64,000 nt of DNA from Oceanispirochaeta sp. (GCA_963666275.2 CAXXOA010000003.1:32001-96000); one strand, 5' to 3'; positions 37,753 to 48,836 are shown, counted from the stretch's first letter. Numbers and translations are program-made. Notes: generated by a model from the sequence alone, not told the origin.

Positions 37753-39285
37753 CTAAGTGACAGGTGCCGGATTGAACAGCACCAGATCGTTTTGAATGCC
37801 CAGTTTCTCCACAGCAGAAATTTTCCTGCCGCTGGCCACATCCAGGATTAAATGAAAGAGTTCCCATCCAATCTGTTCTATAGAGGCTTCTCCGTAGATG
37901 ATTCGTCCCGCATCCAGATCGATGATATCAAACCATCTTTCAGAAAGGTCTTTCCTTGAAGAGACTTTTATTACAGGAGCCATAGGCAGACTGTACGGGG
38001 TTCCCCGCCCGGTGGAAAAAACCTGCATGGTGATCCCCGAGGCAAGCTGACAGGTACCGCAGACAAAATCGCTGGCCGGGGTTGCCGCAAAAACAAGGCC
38101 CTTTTTTGTCAGTTTTTCCCCGGGGCCCACTACGTCACTGATGCTCATGGATCCGGATTTCACCACAGAACCCATAGCTTTTTCAACAATATTCACCAGA
38201 CCGCCCCGCTTATTGCCAGGGGTTGTATTGGCGCTTCGGTCGGCACCGCCTGTGTTCAGGTATTTATCGTACCAGTCCAACTCATACATGAGTTTGTGAA
38301 AGGTTTCTTCAGTTGAACAGCGGGATGCCAGTACAGGCGCCGCATCTCGTACTTCGGTTACTTCCGAAAAAACAGCTGTTCCTCCGGCCCGGACAATCAG
38401 ATCCGCTGCGAAGCCGATTGACGGGTTCGAGGTAAGGCCTGAGAAGGCATCGCTTCCACCGCACTGCATTCCGATAACAAGGTCGGAAACCGGGCACTCC
38501 TCCCGCTTCCGCTCATTAAGCCTGGCCAGGTGTTTTCTGCCCAGATCCATACCGGCGTCCATTATGGCCTGATAGCCTTTAAATGCTTCATCCTGCATTA
38601 CCAGAGTGGAAACGGAAGGGGAGCCCGTCTCTCTGTGAAAGGTTTCCAGGTCTTTCATTTCCAGCTTTTCACAGCCCAGACCGATCATCAGAACCTCTCC
38701 GCCCAGATTGGGATTGGTAGAAAGATTTTTAACCTGCCGGATTGGTATTAAGGCGGCCGGAGCATTGATGGCCACACCGCAGCCGTATGTATGGTTCAAA
38801 CCTACAATATCATCCACATTGGGATATTTCGGGAGCTCTTCCGCTTTCAGCCGTTGAACCAGCTGATTGACCATTCCCGCCACACACTGGACACTGGTGG
38901 TTATCCCGAGGATATTCCGGGTACCCGCAGAGCCGTCGGGATTCCGGTAACCCATAAAAGTATATCCTTCCAGGGGCTCTGTTTCTACAAATTCCGGAGT
39001 TTTATACTCAAGAGATCCCAGTTCCGGTGACGGGGGAATCTCCGATAGATTTTCGCTTACCCAGGAACCGGCGGGTATCCTCTGTGTCGCCGTAGCTATA
39101 CACACACCGTAACGGATTACCTTCCCTCCCACCGGTATATCTGCAAGCGCTATTTTGTGTCCCTGGGGAACATTGTCCAGAAGAGTCAGGTTCTGGGATT
39201 CCAGAATCTCTCCCGCTTTCATGCCGCTGGGGGAAACGACAACTGCGACATTATCGTCCCTGTGAACTTTAACTGCCTGAATCAT
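37753..39285 (-). CDS. garD: Galactarate dehydratase
   Basis: SAF domain (DNVAV, PQGHKIAL), GTRNILGITTSVQCV, HTYGCG, QCGGSDAFSG, FNPAPVT. Confidence 0.95.
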   Translation of the reverse strand: MIQAVKVHRDDNVAVVVSPSGMKAGEILESQNLTLLDNVPQGHKIALADIPVGGKVIRYGVCIATATQRIPAGSWVSENLSEIPPSPELGSLEYKTPEFVETEPLEGYTFMGYRNPDGSAGTRNILGITTSVQCVAGMVNQLVQRLKAEELPKYPNVDDIVGLNHTYGCGVAINAPAALIPIRQVKNLSTNPNLGGEVLMIGLGCEKLEMKDLETFHRETGSPSVSTLVMQDEAFKGYQAIMDAGMDLGRKHLARLNERKREECPVSDLVIGMQCGGSDAFSGLTSNPSIGFAADLIVRAGGTAVFSEVTEVRDAAPVLASRCSTEETFHKLMYELDWYDKYLNTGGADRSANTTPGNKRGGLVNIVEKAMGSVVKSGSMSISDVVGPGEKLTKKGLVFAATPASDFVCGTCQLASGITMQVFSTGRGTPYSLPMAPVIKVSSRKDLSERWFDIIDLDAGRIIYGEASIEQIGWELFHLILDVASGRKISAVEKLGIQNDLVLFNPAPVT

Positions 39286-39316
39286 ATTAAATTCCTGTAT
39301 AATGATATAAGGGCAT

Positions 39317-39357
39317 AAAAAAAGCAAAACTGACCCCATAAAGAGTCAGTTTTGCTT
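39317..39357 (-). terminator. Intrinsic terminator between the gud paralogue and garD
   Basis: 13-bp stem aagcaaaactgac/gtcagttttgctt with a U-run on the minus strand. Confidence 0.7.
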
Positions 39358-39371
39358 CTCCTGTAATTTCT

Positions 39372-40712
39372 TTACCTGACCATGCAGGGTCGTTTACTGT
39401 CGAATTCCCAATTGGGGATAAGATACTGCATACTGACCGCATCATTCCTGGCTCCGAAAGGAAGCTTTTTATAGACTTCATGAGCCTTCATCACAGCATC
39501 CATGTTCAGTTCCAGTCCTAGACCGGGTGTATTGCTGATCTGAATTTTGCCGTTAACGATTTTATAGGGATTGTTTGTCAGGTGTTGCCCATCCTGCCAG
39601 ATCCAGTGAGTATCCATAGCCGTAATATCTCCCGGAGCAGCTGCCGCACACTGGGCAAAGATCGCCAGAGAAATATCAAAGTGGTTATTGGAATGGGAAC
39701 CCCAGGTGAGTCCCCAGTCATTAAGCACCTGAGCAATACGGACAGAACCGGACATGGTCCAGAAATGAGGATCCGCCAGTACAATATCGATGGATTTAGC
39801 ACAAATGGCGTGATAGAACTGCTTCCAGTCTGTTGCGATCATATTGGTAGCTGTAGGCAGGCCGGTCCTTGTTTTGAATTCCGCCATGGTCTCCCGTCCG
39901 GAGTATCCCGCCTCAGTCCCGCAGGGGTCTTCCGCATAGGTCAGTCCGCTGCCCTTACAGAGCTCCACCGCTTCATCCAGTTTCCAGGCGCCGTTGGGAT
40001 CTATATTAATCCGGGCATCGGGAAAGGTCTTTATCAGAAGGTCTATGGCTTTCATCTCCTCGGCGCCTTCCAGAACACCGCCTTTCAGTTTGAAGTCTTT
40101 GAAACCGTATACTTCTTTCAGAGCCTGAGCCTGCTCCACAATCGATTCGGGAGTCATAAATTCATTCCGGCGGATTTTGAACCAGGGATTGGAACTGTCG
40201 CTCTCGTCTATATAGGGCAGATCGGTTTTTCTTTTATCTGCCTGGTAAAAGAGGTATCCCAGAACGACCACTTCGTCTCTCTGCTTTCCGTCTCCCAGGA
40301 GTTCGCAGACAGGAACACCGAGAAACTGTCCCCAGAGGTCAAGGAGAGCACATTCGATAGCAGTTTCCGCATGAACAACGTCTGCCAGCTTAGCTAAAGA
40401 AAGGTTTTGGAGCCCTTCGCTTCCCTTTGTTGCCTGATTATGATTGTCAAAGAGAGTCTTAATGATCTTTCTATAGGAACTTATGGGCTGTCCAACCACA
40501 AAGGCTTTGGCATTCTCAAGAGATTTTGTGATTGCCTCTCCTCCATGAACCTCCCCTATACCTGTATTCCCGGCAGAGTCCTTTAAAATGACAATATTTC
40601 GGGTGTAATATGGTCCATGTGCCCCGCTGAGGGACATCAGCATGCTATCATTACCAGCTACGGGAATAACAAGCATCTCTTTTACTATAGGGAATTTTTC
40701 TTTCGGACTCAC
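39372..40712 (-). CDS. Glucarate dehydratase paralogue (GudX/GudD-like, enolase superfamily)
   Basis: SLSGAH.P, DFKLKGG, DPNG, EDPCG, TNM, DPHFW, HSNNHFD. Confidence 0.9.
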   Translation of the reverse strand: MSPKEKFPIVKEMLVIPVAGNDSMLMSLSGAHGPYYTRNIVILKDSAGNTGIGEVHGGEAITKSLENAKAFVVGQPISSYRKIIKTLFDNHNQATKGSEGLQNLSLAKLADVVHAETAIECALLDLWGQFLGVPVCELLGDGKQRDEVVVLGYLFYQADKRKTDLPYIDESDSSNPWFKIRRNEFMTPESIVEQAQALKEVYGFKDFKLKGGVLEGAEEMKAIDLLIKTFPDARINIDPNGAWKLDEAVELCKGSGLTYAEDPCGTEAGYSGRETMAEFKTRTGLPTATNMIATDWKQFYHAICAKSIDIVLADPHFWTMSGSVRIAQVLNDWGLTWGSHSNNHFDISLAIFAQCAAAAPGDITAMDTHWIWQDGQHLTNNPYKIVNGKIQISNTPGLGLELNMDAVMKAHEVYKKLPFGARNDAVSMQYLIPNWEFDSKRPCMVR

Positions 40713-42229
40713 TGTTCAGCTCCTTGTCTTTTTTCTTGTTCAAGTTCTTTCACCGCTACTTTATGATTGTTAATTAGAGTCATGATCATGGAGATGACTG
40801 TAAGGACAAGAAATGTAGCACTGATCGGATGTGTAAAAACATCCCAGGCATTACCATTAGAGTACTCAAGTCCCCTTCTCAGATTAAGTTCAAGAGCGCC
40901 TTCCAGGATAAATCCCAAAATAAAAGGGGGGGCGGGTATTTTGAATTTATTCATCATCAACCCGATAAAACCAAATAACAGGAGACCCCACATATCGAAA
41001 ACACGGTTACCAAGAGCATAGGCTCCTATTGAACAGAGAACTACGATAAGAGGGATCAGAATATGATTTGGTACCTTGAGAACCTGTACAAACATTCTCA
41101 TTCCCGCCCACATCAATACAGCCATAAAGATAATACCCAGTACCATTGAAGCAAAAATGCTGAAAACAACATCGCCGTTTTGCTGGAAAAGGAGAGGGCC
41201 TGGCTGCATTCCGTGAAGCATAAATCCTCCGAGAAGAATCGCTGTTGCGCCGTCTCCGGGAATTCCGAGAGTGAGAAGGGGTATCATCGCTCCTCCAATA
41301 GAGGCATTGTTGCTGGCTTCAGAAGCAATAAGCCCATCAGGTATGCCTGTCCCATATTTTTCAGGATGTTTACTGGAGTTTTTTGCTACCGAATAGGCAA
41401 TGATGTTGCTTGTGGATCCACCGATACCGGGAAGGATTCCGATTCCCAGCCCCACCAGAGAACTCCGGATCAGGTTAATCCAGTTTCCTTTCAGATCATG
41501 CCATCCGAAACCAAGCCCTTTCATTTTATACTTGAGAACTTTTACCTGCTTTTCTTTAGTGGAAGCTGTCAGAAGAACTTCTCTGATGGCATAGAGGCCC
41601 ACAAGGACAACAAGAAGATGAAAACCGCTTGTCAGCTGCAGAGAACCGAAAGTATAGCGCTGAGCACCGTCAACCGGCGAAAGTCCCACCGTGGCAATCA
41701 TCATTCCGAACATGGCGCTCAACAGACCTTTGACAACTGACCTTCCTGTCAGTGAGGCAATCAGTGTCAGAGCAAAGAACGTTACAGAGAAGTATTCCCA
41801 GGGGCCGAACTTCAAAGTGAGTTTGGCAAGAGCGGGAGAAGCGAAGATCATGACGGCCACACCGATCAGAGTACCTACCAGGGAGGCAAATACGGCAATG
41901 CCCAGGGCCTTTCCGGCTTCTCCCTTCTTTGCCATGGGCGATCCTTCAAATGTGGTGGCAATCGAAGCCGGAGTCCCCGGCATATTGAGAAGGATTGCCG
42001 AAATAAGACCTCCTGAAATACCTCCGATGTATATGGCTGTCAACATGGATAAACCCACATGACTGGCCATCACATAAGTAACAGGCAGGAACATGGAAAG
42101 CCCTGCCACCGTGGTAAGTCCGGGAAGCGCACCGAATATGATTCCCACCATTACACCCAGAAATACCATAATGATGGTCATGGGATCAGTATAAACATTG
42201 GCAAAGCCGGATAATAACATTTCAAACAT
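40709..42229 (-). CDS. tctA: TTT permease TctA (aldarate cluster)
   Basis: GALPGL, MPGTP, GILPGIG, EASNNA, LGIPGD. Confidence 0.95.
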   Translation of the reverse strand: MFEMLLSGFANVYTDPMTIIMVFLGVMVGIIFGALPGLTTVAGLSMFLPVTYVMASHVGLSMLTAIYIGGISGGLISAILLNMPGTPASIATTFEGSPMAKKGEAGKALGIAVFASLVGTLIGVAVMIFASPALAKLTLKFGPWEYFSVTFFALTLIASLTGRSVVKGLLSAMFGMMIATVGLSPVDGAQRYTFGSLQLTSGFHLLVVLVGLYAIREVLLTASTKEKQVKVLKYKMKGLGFGWHDLKGNWINLIRSSLVGLGIGILPGIGGSTSNIIAYSVAKNSSKHPEKYGTGIPDGLIASEASNNASIGGAMIPLLTLGIPGDGATAILLGGFMLHGMQPGPLLFQQNGDVVFSIFASMVLGIIFMAVLMWAGMRMFVQVLKVPNHILIPLIVVLCSIGAYALGNRVFDMWGLLLFGFIGLMMNKFKIPAPPFILGFILEGALELNLRRGLEYSNGNAWDVFTHPISATFLVLTVISMIMTLINNHKVAVKELEQEKRQGAEQ

Positions 42230-42239
42230 ATTAATTCTC

Positions 42240-42809
42240 CTATCCAAAAATTCCGCTGGGAAGGAATAGAGTGAGATAATTTGTGAAAATATAGAAGATC
42301 AGGATCGAGATGCCGATGGAAAAGAGAATGATAAAGAGATACCATTTTTTCCTTTCTTCTTTATTTGTCAGTAAGATGGATTCGGCTATCAGAAACAGGG
42401 AACTTGATAAAACGAACCCCAGAGGCTGGTAGAGTGCGATGTAAATTATGAGGTAAATAAAAGAAAGAATCAGTTTAACCGGTATAACCCTATCGATTCG
42501 GGCAATTATTGATCCTTCGGGAGGTTCCATACAGGCCACTTCATCGGGATCACAGATTTCGTCTTTGTTTTCAGTATTTTCAATTTGCAGATTTTTGATT
42601 TTTTTATCTTTCAGATACACCTGAACAATGTGAGTTATACTCAATATTATGGTAAGAACACCTAAAAGCACAGGAACAGACCGAGAATCCAATCCTCTGT
42701 TCCCGAATGGAGTGAACGTAGATATGGTGGTAGACCCTATCATATAGGCAACAGCTAGCACGAGGAAAAAGACTCCCACTCCTATCTCGGTCTTTAAATC
42801 TTTATTCAT
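42240..42809 (-). CDS. tctB: TTT small permease TctB
   Basis: 4 TM, LGF.LSS, F...L...LPSG. Confidence 0.85.
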   Translation of the reverse strand: MNKDLKTEIGVGVFFLVLAVAYMIGSTTISTFTPFGNRGLDSRSVPVLLGVLTIILSITHIVQVYLKDKKIKNLQIENTENKDEICDPDEVACMEPPEGSIIARIDRVIPVKLILSFIYLIIYIALYQPLGFVLSSSLFLIAESILLTNKEERKKWYLFIILFSIGISILIFYIFTNYLTLFLPSGIFG

Positions 42810-42837
42810 TTTGAATATCTCCAAATGGTATAGTCAT

Positions 42838-42870
42838 AAAAACTGGCCTGAATATATTTCAGGCCAGTTT
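42838..42870. other. Stem-loop between tctC and tctB
   Basis: aaaactggcctgaa-tatat-ttcaggccagtttt perfect 14-bp stem; typical SBP mRNA stabiliser or partial terminator. Confidence 0.65.
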
Positions 42871-42897
42871 TCCTGGTAATAGAATAGATATTACTTA

Positions 42898-43887
42898 TTA
42901 TTTACCCTGGAGAGTGTCGCTGATAGCCATCAGTTCTTCTCTCTGTTTGTACCAGTGTGCTTTAGAATCGGCAACAGTCATCCATGTTACAGGCTGATAC
43001 TGTTTGGCAATTTCTGCCTGGTACTGTTCGTTATTGTTAACGATCTCGCCGACAGCGTTGCTGAATTTCTCAACAATGGCGGGATCGGTTCCTTTGGGGA
43101 AAATCATAGTGTTCATATAATCGTAACCGGCTTCGACACCCAGATCTCTAAGAGTTTTTACACCGGGAACAAATTCAGACTCTTTGTCACTGGCCAGACC
43201 GATTACTTTCAGAGTTCCATCGTTCAGATAGCTTTCCACCATACCGTAGTTCAGGGGAACTATATCAGCGTGTCCACCCAGTACTACCTGAAGTCTTTCT
43301 CCGGAACCGCCGGAAGATACAACATTCAGTTTAGCGCCTGCATTCTGCAGTCCGATAGCAATCCACATGGTAGTTGCACCGGTATTGGCTGTCAGTTTTA
43401 CTTCTCCGGGATGAGCTTTTGTATATTCGATAAGTTCCGTTACATTGTTGTAAGGAGCATCTGACAGGGCAACGAGAAGTTCCGGTGATGCTTTGGAGAA
43501 GACACAGCCCACTTCAAAATCCTGAATTCCGTAATTTGCCATTCCTGCTGCTTCAGCAATGCTGAGAGACAGCTGGTGAACTAGAATAGTATATCCGTCA
43601 GCTTTGGCATCTTTTACCTGAGCCGCACCGATGGTTCCACCGCTACCGGGAACATTGGTTACGACAACAGGCTGACCGAGGATTTCGGGCAGGTATTTTG
43701 CAACAGCGCGGGCATTGAAGTCAGAGTTACCTCCGGCAGCATAAGGAACAATCAGATTTATCGCTTTTGTGGGATAATCCATTTCACCATCTGCAGAAGA
43801 TGCCGCATCTTTCTGTCCATTTGCAAAAACAAGTGCCGTACTGGCAACAAGAAGCATCAAAGAAACAAGTAATTTTTTCCTAAACAT
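42898..43887 (-). CDS. tctC: TTT substrate-binding protein TctC (aldarate)
   Basis: YP..I.LIVPYAAGGNSD..AR, ADGYTI; signal peptide FANGQKD. Confidence 0.92.
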   Translation of the reverse strand: MFRKKLLVSLMLLVASTALVFANGQKDAASSADGEMDYPTKAINLIVPYAAGGNSDFNARAVAKYLPEILGQPVVVTNVPGSGGTIGAAQVKDAKADGYTILVHQLSLSIAEAAGMANYGIQDFEVGCVFSKASPELLVALSDAPYNNVTELIEYTKAHPGEVKLTANTGATTMWIAIGLQNAGAKLNVVSSGGSGERLQVVLGGHADIVPLNYGMVESYLNDGTLKVIGLASDKESEFVPGVKTLRDLGVEAGYDYMNTMIFPKGTDPAIVEKFSNAVGEIVNNNEQYQAEIAKQYQPVTWMTVADSKAHWYKQREELMAISDTLQGK

Positions 43888-43947
43888 AAAAAACTCCCTT
43901 AATTATTTTTACAGGCTCTTGCTGGAGCCTGTATTACGCATTTGAAA

Positions 43948-45279
43948 TTACCGAACCATACAGGGCCGTTTGTTATCAAACTCCCAGCCGGGAATCAGAT
44001 ACTGCATTCCCGCCGAGTCATCTCTGGCGCCCAGGTTCTCCTTTTTATACAGCTCATGAGCTTTCATGATCTGATCCATATCGATTTCCACACCGAGACC
44101 CGGTTTATCGGGAATAGCAATGTGGCCGTCTCTCATCTGCAGAGGCTCTTTTGTCAACCTTTCCAGACCTTCCTGCCAGATCCAGTGAGTGTCTATAGCA
44201 GTCACACTACCGGGAACTGCTGCAGCTACATGGGTAAACATAGCCAGGGAAATGTCGAAATGGTTGTTGGAGTGGGATCCCCAGGTAAGCCCGAAAGCAT
44301 CACACATCTGTCCGACTCTTACTGAACCGGCCATGGTCCAGAAGTGGGGGTCTGCCAGGGGAATATCTACACTGTTAAGCGCTACAGAATGCTGCATCTG
44401 ACGCCAGTCCGTGGCAATCATGTTGGTTGCCGTAGGCAGACCGGTCGCTTTCCGGAACTCAGCAAGGATCTCTCTTCCGGAAAATCCTTCCTCCGCGCCG
44501 CAGGGGTCTTCGCAGTAGCTCAGTATCCCATGCATGTCTTTGCATAATTCAATGGCTTCTGCCAGCTTCCATCCTCCATTGGGGTCCAGGGTAATTCTGG
44601 CATCAGGGAAGCGTTTTTTCAGTGCTTTTATGGCTTCTATCTCTTCTTTACCTTCGAGCACGCCTCCCTTCAGCTTGAAATCCTTGAACCCGTAAATCTC
44701 ACTGGAAGCTTCCGCCAGTTTGACAATAGCTTCAGGGGTCATCGCCTCTTCATGACGGATCTTGTACCATTCTGTTTTCGAGTCTTTTTCTCTGGCATAG
44801 GGCAGGTCTGTCCTGTCTGGGTCCGCCACATAGAACAGGTAGCCCAGGACTTTGACTGCGTCTCTCTGCATGCCATCTCCCAGAAGGGAGGCAACCGGGA
44901 CATTCAGGTATTTTCCCAGCAGATCCAGAAAGCAGGACTCAATAGCTGTCACCACATGGACGGTGGTTCTCAAGTCAAAGGTCTGGAGGCCTCTTCCTTC
45001 CGCATCTCTGTCCATGAAGTTTTTCTGAACACGGTTCAGAACATTTTTATAATCCCCCAGAGTAGATCCCACTACAATTTCTCTGGCATCCTCCAGAGTC
45101 TGGCGGATCTTTTCTCCTCCGGGAACTTCTCCAATCCCGGTTTCTCCCTTGTCAGTAGTCAGGATGACCACGTTGCGGGTAAAGTAGGGCCCGTGGGCCC
45201 CACTCAAGTTCAGGAGCATACAGTCTCTTCCTGCAACAGGAAAGACTTTCATATCGGCGATTACAGGTGTCGCACTCAT
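43948..45279 (-). CDS. gudD: Glucarate dehydratase
   Basis: [50 protein letters not shown]. Confidence 0.95.
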   Translation of the reverse strand: MSATPVIADMKVFPVAGRDCMLLNLSGAHGPYFTRNVVILTTDKGETGIGEVPGGEKIRQTLEDAREIVVGSTLGDYKNVLNRVQKNFMDRDAEGRGLQTFDLRTTVHVVTAIESCFLDLLGKYLNVPVASLLGDGMQRDAVKVLGYLFYVADPDRTDLPYAREKDSKTEWYKIRHEEAMTPEAIVKLAEASSEIYGFKDFKLKGGVLEGKEEIEAIKALKKRFPDARITLDPNGGWKLAEAIELCKDMHGILSYCEDPCGAEEGFSGREILAEFRKATGLPTATNMIATDWRQMQHSVALNSVDIPLADPHFWTMAGSVRVGQMCDAFGLTWGSHSNNHFDISLAMFTHVAAAVPGSVTAIDTHWIWQEGLERLTKEPLQMRDGHIAIPDKPGLGVEIDMDQIMKAHELYKKENLGARDDSAGMQYLIPGWEFDNKRPCMVR

Positions 45280-45296
45280 TGAAAACTCCTATGATT

Positions 45297-46190
45297 TTAT
45301 GCTTGTCTTGTAACTTCTATATTGGCTATTTTTTCGTAGAATTTCACAATGCTTGAGTGATCTTCCACGCCGCAGCCATCCTGTTTGATCGCCTGCATCA
45401 TTTCCATAGCCTGTGCTGCCAGGGGAAGGGGAACTCCAACATCTCTGGAAGTTTCCAGTGCATTAGCCATGTCTTTGATGTGAAGATCGATTCTGAATCC
45501 GGGTTTGAAATTTCTGTCCATCATCATGGGGGCTTTTGCATCCATAACGGTACTTCCAGCCAGTCCTCCCCGAATTGCCTGGTAAACCAGATCGGGATCA
45601 ACACCGGCTTTTTTAGCCAGAACCATAGCTTCCGATACAGCGGCAATGTTCAGGGCTACCACTACCTGGTTACAGAGTTTTGTTGTATTTCCCGCACCGA
45701 TGTTTCCAACATAGACGACTGATCCGGCCATGATATCAAGGATATCTTTATACTTTTCGAAAACTTCTTTTTTGTCTCCGCCGACCATAACTGCCAGGGT
45801 TCCGTCAATAGCTTTGGGCTCTCCGCCTGATACGGGAGCATCCAGCATATCCATACCTTTTTCAGCAAGTCCCTTGGCGACTTCCTGAGAAGCTCCGGGG
45901 GCAATGGAACTCATGTCGATCAGGGTTTTTCCGGGGGCAGCTGCTTCAATCAGTCCGTTTTCTCCCAGTGCAACAGTTTTTACATGAGGAGAGTTGGGAA
46001 GCATGGTAATGACCAGGTCAACCTGTTTCAGAACTTCTGCCGGGTTGGATGCTGAAGCTGCTCCTGCACTTTCCAGATCTGCGACTGCTTCTTTATTGAA
46101 GTCTACAACGATAAGTTCATGACCTGCTTTAATCAGGTTTTTGGCCATGGGTCTTCCCATGATCCCCAATCCTATAAATCCGATCTTCAT
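45297..46190 (-). CDS. garR: 2-hydroxy-3-oxopropionate (tartronate semialdehyde) reductase
   Basis: MKIGFIGLGIMG, MLPNSPHV, DAPVSGGEPKAIDGTL, FKPGFRIDLHIKD. Confidence 0.95.
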   Translation of the reverse strand: MKIGFIGLGIMGRPMAKNLIKAGHELIVVDFNKEAVADLESAGAASASNPAEVLKQVDLVITMLPNSPHVKTVALGENGLIEAAAPGKTLIDMSSIAPGASQEVAKGLAEKGMDMLDAPVSGGEPKAIDGTLAVMVGGDKKEVFEKYKDILDIMAGSVVYVGNIGAGNTTKLCNQVVVALNIAAVSEAMVLAKKAGVDPDLVYQAIRGGLAGSTVMDAKAPMMMDRNFKPGFRIDLHIKDMANALETSRDVGVPLPLAAQAMEMMQAIKQDGCGVEDHSSIVKFYEKIANIEVTRQA

Positions 46191-46245
46191 AATAAATCCT
46201 ACCTCTATAATATTATTTTGTTTGTCTATTCTTAATACTGGGTTT

Positions 46246-47145
46246 TCAGTCCAGCATTCCCATCTGTTTAAGAACGCCTCTGGCTTTCTCAACAGTTTCA
46301 TCGCTTACATAAGACACCGGCCTGACCGGTTTGCCCGCTTTAACACCCAGGATATTGAGCATCACTTTCATCATGACCGGGAAAGTTCCCATTCCATAGG
46401 CATCTCTCAGGGGCATCAGAGCCTTCTGGGCATTCAGGGCACCAAGATGATCGCCCCGGGAGTAGTGATCGTAAATATCCACTACCAGACGAGGGGCCAC
46501 ATTGGCTGTTCCCGCAACACTTCCTGCGCCTCCATGGCAGAGGGTCGCATAGATGTAGTAGTCAATCCCGCCGAAGACGCCGAAATCTTCCCTGTGGGAG
46601 GTGGCTTCGATGTATTTCAGGGTTTGGCTAAAGTCCATGGAGGTGTTTTTAATTCCTACTATGTTGTCAATTTCCGCTAGTTTCCCCAGCAGGCCCGGGC
46701 TGATGTTGTTATTGGTTTTGCCCGGATTGTTGTAGAGCAGAACCGGGAGATTACAGCTTTTTGCCACTGTGGCAAAATGGTTGTACAACTCATCTTCTGT
46801 GGGTGTGATAAACATAGGCGTCAGTACTGTCAGGGCATCTGCGCCGGCTTTTTCTGCCATCTCGGCTAACTTTATGCTTTCTTTGGTGGTTATCGCCGAA
46901 GCGCCCGCATAAACGGGAACTTTTTTATTCACCTCTTCGACTGTTGTTTCTACTGTCTTTTTCTGGTTTTCAAAATCAAACGCGTAAAACTCTCCGTTAC
47001 TGGCATTGGCCAGAACTCCGTGCACTCCGCCATCCAGTACGTGCTGAATGACCTCTTTCAATCCTTCCGGATCCACATTTTCATGTTCATCAACGGTGGT
47101 TACAATGGGAGGAATGATTCCATTCAAGGCAACATCATATTTCAA
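46246..47145 (-). CDS. DapA/NAL-family class I aldolase, putative 5-keto-4-deoxy-glucarate aldolase
   Basis: ASNGE, LYNNP, GIKNT Schiff-base Lys; first gene of the gud/gar operon; TTG after AGGAG. Confidence 0.75.
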   Translation of the reverse strand: MKYDVALNGIIPPIVTTVDEHENVDPEGLKEVIQHVLDGGVHGVLANASNGEFYAFDFENQKKTVETTVEEVNKKVPVYAGASAITTKESIKLAEMAEKAGADALTVLTPMFITPTEDELYNHFATVAKSCNLPVLLYNNPGKTNNNISPGLLGKLAEIDNIVGIKNTSMDFSQTLKYIEATSHREDFGVFGGIDYYIYATLCHGGAGSVAGTANVAPRLVVDIYDHYSRGDHLGALNAQKALMPLRDAYGMGTFPVMMKVMLNILGVKAGKPVRPVSYVSDETVEKARGVLKQMGMLD

Positions 47146-47302
47146 TTTGGTTGTTCTCCTGTCCAAATATTTACGACTTAATACAATTTAAAGCAGATAA
47201 AAATAGATGCTCCTTTCAGAGCTTTTTATCTTCAATCTATAATTATTTAACCATCTGTTTTACCAGAGCGATATGGTTCAAGGATATTAAAAGAATAGAA
47301 TT

Positions 47303-47323
47303 TTTTGTGCAAACTGCACAAAA
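47303..47323. promoter_or_regulatory. Putative CdaR operator ttttgtgca-aac-tgcacaaaa
   Basis: Perfect 9-bp dyad upstream of the aldarate operon. Confidence 0.65.
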
Positions 47324-47537
47324 GCCAGAGATAGATATCCTGTTCATGCCTTTATCTCTGCTTCTGTCAGAGAATCTGGGAGATTCCTGCATTACCCGTA
47401 TTCATCCCGGTTCATAAGCTTTCGGGGGAATACAGGACGAGATGGGATTATAGTGAGTGATTATGCTACGGTAGAGAAAGCCGGGGATTTATACAGAAAG
47501 GATCCTATAGTTCATTTATAGCAATTGTTATGACGGT

Positions 47538-48683
47538 TCAGTACTTCTCCAGATAATGGGCCAGTTCATTCAGAAGCTCCCTGTCCGAGCCAATCACAAG
47601 GGGGTCAATATTCAGAGTGCTTTTTAGTTTGTTCAGCCTGAAAGTGATGGTATTTCTGTGAACGTGCAGATCTTTACTGGTGTTGACCAGATTGTAGTTG
47701 TTCGCATCCAGAGCTTTAATGGTCTCTACCATAACCTGCTTTTCCTCATTCTGGAACAGGGCATGGAAAGCTGAGAAGATGTCGTTATAGAGTTTCATAG
47801 TAACTGAGTTACGGATATAGTCCTGTATGTGATCCAGGAAAAAAACTACCTTACTGATTTTCCCCAGTATGGGATGGAGGGCTATCTGCTGGGCATGGTG
47901 ATAGGAGGTCCGGAACATATCCAGCTGTGTCTGCAGACTGCCCACATAATACTTCAGATCGTTTTCTCCCAGGTCTATGGGAAGTCTCTCTTCCATATCC
48001 CATATATACTGAAAAATCTGATCTTTATAGTTTCTTATCCCGTCATTTATGTTTTCATTCAGGTTCTTCAGAATAATGATGTCATCATTACGGCCTTTTA
48101 ATGCAATCCCTTTCCGGTAGGTTTCATTTCCTGAAGCTATGGTTCTTAAAACCATATCCCGGTCTATACGGGTAGAACAGCGGACAATAATCATTGTAAT
48201 CAGTTTGGAACACTCAATATTGTACTGTTCGTAAAGCCTGGTCGCTTCTTCCAGGTTGTAATCTTCTTCAAAAAGGATGTAATGGAGGAATTTCTCTGCA
48301 CTGCCCAGGGCCCGCTGATTCTTTGCCATCTTTATTTCATAGGAGAGCATGGTTTCCATGGAAGTCTTTACAAATCCTGCAAAACTCTGAACATTTTCCG
48401 GTTCACCTGTCACACAGATCACTCCGATATGCTTCTCTTTATAATCAATGAACATATTGATACCCGGTTTTGTACCTATGTAATTATCGTCTTTTGTTAC
48501 AACACCGGACTCCCTTTTGCCGGATAGCATGGCATAGGCCACTTCGTGAAAATCTCCAATCCGTGAGCTGTCTTTGCTGGCGATAATAATACCTTCATGA
48601 TTCATGATATTTACATTGTAGGGAAGGTTTTTAACTGTCTTCTGGATAAACTGCTGGGCAAATTCAGGTGTCAGTATTGCCAT
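47538..48683 (-). CDS. cdaR: Sugar diacid regulator
   Basis: NVNIMN..G.IIAS.D..RIG.FHE.A, KPGIN, C-terminal LHVHRNT..FRL. Confidence 0.92.
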   Translation of the reverse strand: MAILTPEFAQQFIQKTVKNLPYNVNIMNHEGIIIASKDSSRIGDFHEVAYAMLSGKRESGVVTKDDNYIGTKPGINMFIDYKEKHIGVICVTGEPENVQSFAGFVKTSMETMLSYEIKMAKNQRALGSAEKFLHYILFEEDYNLEEATRLYEQYNIECSKLITMIIVRCSTRIDRDMVLRTIASGNETYRKGIALKGRNDDIIILKNLNENINDGIRNYKDQIFQYIWDMEERLPIDLGENDLKYYVGSLQTQLDMFRTSYHHAQQIALHPILGKISKVVFFLDHIQDYIRNSVTMKLYNDIFSAFHALFQNEEKQVMVETIKALDANNYNLVNTSKDLHVHRNTITFRLNKLKSTLNIDPLVIGSDRELLNELAHYLEKY

Positions 48684-48836
48684 GAATACTCCTTTACTGG
48701 ACTTTAAAACTAGCACTTCCGCCTCTTAGCTGTCAAACCTGTCTGTCCTTTTCTACATCATTTCAATATTTTCCAAAATAGGAGAAAAGCGATAAAACTA
48801 GTTGAAATTAACACTAGTTAGTATTATGTTTCAGGT

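Noticed and set aside
46246..47166. dapA (lysine biosynthesis) call
   Set aside because: Altered ASNGE motif and position at the head of the gud/gar operon.
47324..47537. Possible riboswitch or sRNA between cdaR and the aldarate operon
   Set aside because: No recognisable conserved aptamer or strong structure; cannot be supported without a covariance-model search.
4002..48836. Integrative element or prophage boundaries for the catabolic block
   Set aside because: No integrase, transposase, tRNA target or att-like direct repeat was found by eye.
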